DNA of 52,327 nt, filler included, from Catajapyx aquilonaris (Eukaryota): the NCBI GenBank assembly GCA_000934665.2. It is 2 parts of 2 records of this genome, joined end to end, with 100 filler letters (N's around TTAATTAATTAA, not from the genome) between each part and the next. Parts side by side here need not be neighbours in the genome. Positions count along the whole stretch, not along the records: positions 26,225 to 52,327 come from JYFJ02005270.1; 1 more part is not named here. One strand, written 5' to 3'. The notes under the pieces were generated by a model. The model saw only the letters and a list, made by a program, of their open reading frames with translations, searched no databases and was not told the origin of the DNA. This document shows, in pieces, positions 47,201 through 52,327 of the stretch. A program made the position numbers and the translations under genes. How positions within the stretch are numbered: the stretch's first letter is position 1; the number at the start of each line of letters is the position of its first letter.

Positions 47201-50200
47201 TCAGTTTACCGAACTCTTCCATTATCTCCTCTTTGCCTTTAGACTTTGGAATGTTGCCCACGAAAAGACGGAGATTGGGTACACTAATGTTAACTTTCAG
47301 AGTCCTGCCTGGTTTGATTTCGTGATTATCGAGCTGTGGGATGGAAGGGGAAAAAAAAACACAAGATAATAACAAAAATCATCAAATGAAGAGCCAGATT
47401 GGGACCAGATTAGTTGGACCTGTACCATGGAAAAAAAAAAAAGTCAAACAATTTAGGTCAAATTTAGAAAACAGTAGTATGAACAATAATTGTTGCCAGG
47501 AATTCTACTTCAAGGGAGAGGGGCCTACTAAATAAAATTTGAGAAAATGCATAACAAAAGCTACAAAACCAAAATACTCCAATGAATGGAAAATATTTCA
47601 AAAATTGGATTAATATACTGGAGGTGTCATCAATCAAGAACCCTGTTCATTCAATAGTCTAAGGAAAGCATTAAAAACAAGTTCAATACTTTCCTTCATT
47701 ACAACTCAACAGCCAGGCAAAGCCTTCCATAAAGAATAATCAAGTCAAAATGAACAGATTCAGCCTTGATTGATGCTCAATAAATCGAAACAAAACTGGC
47801 AAGCAAAATTCAACTGGGATTCGGTGCAACTAAATAAAAGTGTCATCCATTAAATAATACTTGCTCAAACTACTCAAATAAATAGGAGAATCACATTTCT
47901 TCCCACCCCCCCTTTCTTCCTCCCAGACTCCCATCCCCCACACCACCTGATGCATCGTTGCTTCGTTACCAGGGTTAGGTGGGGAATGGAGAAGTGCCAG
48001 GACAAAAAAGGCGAGGAAAAGGTTGGATCGATTAAATGGAAAAAGAGGATAGCAAAAGGACAAGTGGATGATGGACAAATATACCCCACTTTTTTTCCCC
48101 CTTCTTTTCCTTTGCTTTTTGCAACAGAGCCATGGTATGAGTTTGAACTTTCCTTACGTTAATATACCTTCTTAAGATTGCTCTTTTCTGTGCCCCCAGC
48201 AAAGAGGAGACCTGGAAGCTACTGTACGCTCTCATTTCCATTATTCAAATTATTTTTTTAAACACACAGTGTGTTTAAAAAAAAGTTAGAAATGGGGCAA
48301 ACCACTTAGGGTCAAAACTCACAAAAAAATTAATAAAGTGAAACAAACCAACAACAACCAACAAGGGGAGGTGCAAAGAGCAAATTTCCCCCCCAAAAAA
48401 GACCAAGAGGAAATGTTGAAGGTGTATGATCAGTGCCCAGACAGGGCTTAAACCATAAGATAAAAATGATAATATGAAGCACTTAAAATTTCAACACATT
48501 TGCTATCCTTTTCTTCCTTTCTTTTGAAATATCATCTCTGTCAAACTCACTGAGCTCTGTAGCCAAAGCTTCATTTCTTTGCCCTGCTTCATTTCTTTCT
48601 CTTCTCATTACATATCTCTCTCATTATTGACGGATACTTTCACTGGTCTAAAAGCTGCTCAGTTACACAAGCTCAATACAAAAGCATTCTAGGTTCGAGC
48701 CTGTGCATTGTGACAACTTTATATGGGAGGGCAGGGAAAAAAAAAACACAAAAAAAAAACCAACTTGCAGACTCTTTGTAAGCTACTCATTCCGTTCAGA
48801 CAAAAAGAACATTTACGAAATACTTGTTAAAAAACCAGTGAGAGAGAAAACAGAGAAGAAAAAGAGAGAAGGTGAATAAAAATACAAGACAACGGAAAAA
48901 TGAGTGGATTCGCTAGGAATTTGATGATTTAAATTCCGAATTTAAGTGTGGACACTCCAGATGACTCATCTCGAGCGGTGGTGGGACAACAAGGCAAGGA
49001 GTGAAGAAGGGCCAAAGAGTGTTGATGACGAGCAGAGAGAAAGGTACAGTGAGAGGTAAGAGAAAGAAGAAGAGAGAAGCTCACCTGCTTAACCGCCTCC
49101 TGCGCTGCATCTTTGCTAGTGAAGGTTATGAAGGCATAGCCCCTGTTAAGACCCGTCATAGGGTCCATCATGAGCCTCAGGTCCCAGATGGTGCCGAACT
49201 TCTCGAAGAGAGGTATCAGCTCATCTTCATAGATGTCCTTTGGGATCTTCCCACAAAACACCTGGATGGAACAAAGCACTAGTTAGTAAAAATAATCTAC
49301 CATCTCATCCCTAACATGTTGGATGTCACCCCAATGAAACGTTATGCAACAGCTTAAGATTTTTACGTCCTCTGCATTAGCTGAAAATATGATTGTGGGA
49401 GGAGTTGAAAGGATTAGAATTTTAAAATACTCTATTCTGTGTCCTATCCAGAGAGTGACAGAAAGACCCTACAGGAAAATTAGTGCTTCAAATCAAAGAC
49501 CTTGGCTATTACATATCCCCCCTGATCTTAGAGCTGTCTATCCGATCGCGGCCTGACATCATGCAAATAGAGGAAGGCAAAGTAAGGCTAGTGTCATTGT
49601 AAAAATGGGACTGTCTCAATAGACAAAAATTTCTCTGACCCACGCATGGTAATCGCAATCACTAGGTGCTGCTGGATCGACTCTGGGTTATTATGAAATT
49701 TAAACAACCGCATGGTAGTGATGCAAAGCTGCAACCAGTGAGAATTCCATAAAATCCATATAAAAGTGGGTTGCATGAATCTTAGCAAATGAATCAAGTT
49801 GCTCTGACCCTTGTTTCTCATTGTTGTAAATCTGTTGCCAGCAATAAACAACTTGGTTTTTTACTCTTCAATCCAGCAAAAAGACCCAATACCTTGAAAA
49901 TGCAAGCTGCCTCTACTCTGGTTTTTGTAAGGTCCAAACATCACCTTTCTCATTTCTGAGCAAGTTACACCAACAATAGCAAAAATACGTCATACAGATT
50001 TCAGGAAGATCAGCGTAGATCAGCAGTTTCCTGAACACACACCTTCCGTCATGCAGAGTTAGAGGCAATAATATCAGCTCAGCTAACAATCCTTGCAGAT
50101 AAATTTTACTCAAGAGTCCAAGAAATTTTACAGCAATATGCTTTCATAACGAACTGCTCAAGCTGATATTAGAAACGGGCATGCTGGAGGTGAGTGTGTA

Positions 50201-50944
50201 CACAGGCATACTACTAGCTTTGACATGCACATTCATTTCTTGCAATTTTTTTAGATTACACCAACCTGTGTTCGAGAGAGTAATTTTGTTCAGCCTTACC
50301 TCACAGCCGTTTCCTGGGGGTGATCCTTCCCAGCCTGGGGGCGGCCCCCCATACTTTCTCTGCCCGGTGGTGACGTCGAGCGAGTACCCCGTCCTATCCA
50401 GAATAGCCTTGATCTTGTCTTCGTTAGGCCCTTTGACCACAAGACCCTGACTGCCCTGCCCGGCTCGCGTCTTTTGCCTGTACGTCTTCATAACCCCACA
50501 GAGGTATGCCGACTTGTTTGACACGTGCTCCAGGTTGGACTCAAGGAACTGCTTGAGGACGTTAAGGGCCCCGTCCACTGGAAACTCCTTGAGGGCGTCC
50601 AGGGCCCGCTCATCCAAATCTGCATGGGCCAGCTTGCCCGTCTTGTAGATCTCGTCCAGCTTGGACGACACTTTTTCGTCCAAGCCGTATTCCAGCAGCT
50701 TCTTGTAGTCCTCTGAGTGCTGGATGGGGCCCGCTGCTTCGGCCCCACCCCGCTCCTCCTCAGAGGATGAGGATGATGACCCTCCACCTCCTCCGCCCCC
50801 TCCTGTACCTCCTGTTCCTCCTCCAGCTCCGCTGCTAGTTGCTACCGATGCTCCTTCCGCCCCCCCACTAGTCTGATCCATCGGCTCCTCCTTCTGCTTC
50901 GGCTCGTCCTGCTCCATGGCTACTTCCCCATTGCCACTGGCCAT
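34811..50944 (-). CDS. Syp: Syncrip / hnRNP Q-R ortholog, spliced CDS: join(50300-50944, 49085-49261, [47198-47333 or 46149-46284], 43863-44068, 43631-43780, 42692-42837, 42525-42601, 40681-40832, 37349-37535, 34811-35250); 2316 nt, 771 aa
   Basis: ORF fragments give the acidic/NURR domain ([44 protein letters not shown]), three RRMs ([44 protein letters not shown]), a Tyr-rich region, RGG, and the GKRKFDGG...[12 protein letters not shown] tail typical of hnRNP Q/R. All introns are GT-AG and the phases join without stops. Confidence 0.96.
37349..37535 (-). CDS. Syp: Syp coding exon 9 (RGG box)
   Basis: ctgctgcag|GCT GGG CGT...TTA GCA G|gtgagg; [16 protein letters not shown]...GGGAKGSLA; 187 nt, phase 0 to 1. 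Confidence 0.88.
40032..40107 (-). CDS. Candidate alternative Syp exon encoding a bipartite-NLS-like peptide (longer form starts at 40182)
   Basis: U-rich tract then cggcag|[38 protein letters not shown]|gtagcc; 76 nt, phase 0 to 1; donor is weak. Confidence 0.5.
40681..40832 (-). CDS. Syp: Syp coding exon 8 (Tyr/Asp-rich)
   Basis: gtttctag|AT TAC...CCG|gtgggt; [51 protein letters not shown]; 152 nt. Confidence 0.9.
42525..42601 (-). CDS. Syp: Syp coding exon 7 (short Pro/RGG exon, absent from the ORF track)
   Basis: ctcttacag|G ATG GTG...TAT G|gtaagt; [25 protein letters not shown]; 77 nt, bridges phase 2 to phase 1 exactly. Confidence 0.88.
42692..42837 (-). CDS. Syp: Syp coding exon 6 (end of RRM3)
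   Basis: ggagcag|GCC ATG...GGA GG|gtcagt; [48 protein letters not shown]; 146 nt. Confidence 0.92.
43631..43780 (-). CDS. Syp: Syp coding exon 5 (RRM3)
   Basis: caacag|GTG...AAG|gtgcgt; [13 protein letters not shown]...[16 protein letters not shown]; 150 nt; follows an 82-nt intron. Confidence 0.95.
43863..44068 (-). CDS. Syp: Syp coding exon 4 (RRM2)
   Basis: ggagcag|CG GGC CTG...AAG|gtttga; [25 protein letters not shown]...[15 protein letters not shown]; 206 nt. Confidence 0.94.
46149..46284 (-). CDS. Syp: Syp mutually exclusive exon 3b (paralog of 3a)
   Basis: attttccag|CTG...GCA C|gtaagt; [45 protein letters not shown]; 136 nt, same phases as 3a. Confidence 0.93.
47198..47333 (-). CDS. 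Syp: Syp mutually exclusive exon 3a (end of RRM1, start of RRM2)
   Basis: cccacag|CTC...ACA G|gtaaag; [45 protein letters not shown]; 136 nt, phase 0 to 1. Confidence 0.93.
49085..49261 (-). CDS. Syp: Syp coding exon 2 (most of RRM1)
   Basis: ccatccag|GTG...CAG|gtgagc; [21 protein letters not shown]...[20 protein letters not shown]; 177 nt. Confidence 0.96.
50300..50944 (-). CDS. Syp: Syp coding exon 1 (start codon, G/S-rich linker, acidic/NURR domain)
   Basis: Acceptor tttgtcctag|GC ATG at 50946; [12 protein letters not shown]...[18 protein letters not shown]; donor GAG|gtaagg; 645 nt, phase 0. Confidence 0.95.
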
Positions 50945-52100
50945 GCCTAGGACAAACACACCGCATCGCCATTAAATTCCTGCCGCCTTCTTTGACCCCT
51001 TAAGTGTAAAGAGGCCCCAACCAACATGCATTAGTGCTGGCAGTGCCACATGTCCATTCATTCGCTCAAACATTCACACAAGTCTGGTCAGAATCACAGC
51101 CCCATGGCTCAAACATGGCAACTACACGGCAGTTCAATGCGCACCAACCAACTTTGGAATTCTTCATCACTACCATCCATGACAACTTCCGAGACTATCG
51201 ATGCTGCCTGGACCTGGTCAGAGTCAATGGAATTCAAAGTACGCCAACCAAATTTAGTAGGCCATGTCGCTGTCCTCTAAGACTGCACAGCATCCCTTTA
51301 ACACCTTGACTCCCAAATTTAATCTTAACTTCTGCTTGACCTCAGGTCAATGACCTCAGATGGAAGATTTTGAGAAAAATCTTTTCGACCTTAAATACTT
51401 TCTCATCCAGGTTGCGAAGCCACCGTCCTAATGAAATATTAACTTGGAACTAAACTCGGTTGGAGCGCATGTCTGCTGTCCTACGAGACAAAAAGTCATA
51501 ACTGCAACATGCAATACGATCAAGTGTCCTTGTTCAGGACTTGTTATTATTGCACTTTGCTGTTACTTCTTTTTTTGTAGGATGCCGGTATGAACTTCCA
51601 CAATGCCGTATGACGGCACTGTAGAAGTTTGAGCCAAAGCTTGTCGCCATGCGTGGGCCACAATCTCACACTTTGTCACTGGCAGATAGAACCAACAAGG
51701 TTTGTGGCTGGTGCACCACCACGGCCAGCTACAAACCCTGCAGGCATGCGCTTGTCAAGTGCTTGTGCTGCATGATCCCAGGCATGGCGAACTGCACTTT
51801 CCAAAGATCTGTGAAACGGACCAAGACTTTTCCACACCCAAAATCCTGGCCTGGCTGCTCCTTTGCCATCATCCACGCACACCGCACCAAATCCAATCTC
51901 ACTGCACTTGCACTGCAATCCATGATCACACCACTGCACACTCATCCACTACTGACCCGCCCCGCCCCCCCGGTCAGGGCCTGCCCTCGAGATTGCCCCT
52001 AGGGTTCACCCCCACACCAACAACAACAACAACCAAAAAAAAAAATGTTCCACAACAATATTTCTCTTCCTCGGGTTGGGTTCGGTCACACTGAACATAC

Positions 52101-52243
52101 CCCTAAGGGCTGACCATGGTTCGGGCCCGGGGCTCGCTCAGTGTCGGGCTGATCTGATCTGGCCACCGGGTGTGTAGTAAAGGTCGGTGCTCGAGCAGGA
52201 GGGTCGGGGCCTCCATCCGGCTCCCAAGCCCTCATACAAAGGA
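52101..52243 (-). other. Candidate upstream (5' UTR or N-extension) exon of Syp
   Basis: Long pyrimidine tract without AG to the window end, then gtccggcag| acceptor; donor GGG|gtatgt at 52100, alternative G|gtcagc at 52114. Coding exon 1 has an acceptor 2 nt before its ATG, so an upstream exon is expected. Confidence 0.5.
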
Positions 52244-52327
52244 CTGCCGGACAACACAACCAGAGGGGAGAAAAACGGGGGGTGGGATATACGGGGAGGA
52301 GGAGGGATGGAAAGAGAGAGAGAGAGA

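Overview
Eukaryotic window, most likely from an insect, split in two by a 100-nt scaffold gap (26125-26224). The left half (1-26.1 kb) has no intact host gene that I can see. It is densely packed with nested mobile DNA: tRNA-derived SINEs (one with a V-SINE-like core), Tc1/pogo- and PIF/Harbinger-type MITEs, a decayed 4.6-kb pogo-like element, and a gypsy-type LTR element that encodes only gag and protease and carries a duplicated PBS/leader beyond its 3' LTR. The right half holds a complete minus-strand Syncrip (Syp, hnRNP Q/R) gene. Its 10-exon CDS (50944 to 34811, 2316 nt, 771 aa) encodes the acidic/NURR domain, three RRMs, a Tyr-rich region, an RGG region and a Gly-rich tail. The most interesting structure is Syp splicing: two 136-nt mutually exclusive exons separated by a UAGG-loop hairpin, three acceptors with very long AG-free zones, a candidate hidden bipartite-NLS exon phase-matched to the RGG exon, a last-exon acceptor that regenerates a donor, and a candidate uORF-bearing 5' exon. 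Exon boundaries come from reading splice signals and frame continuity by eye, without transcript data.
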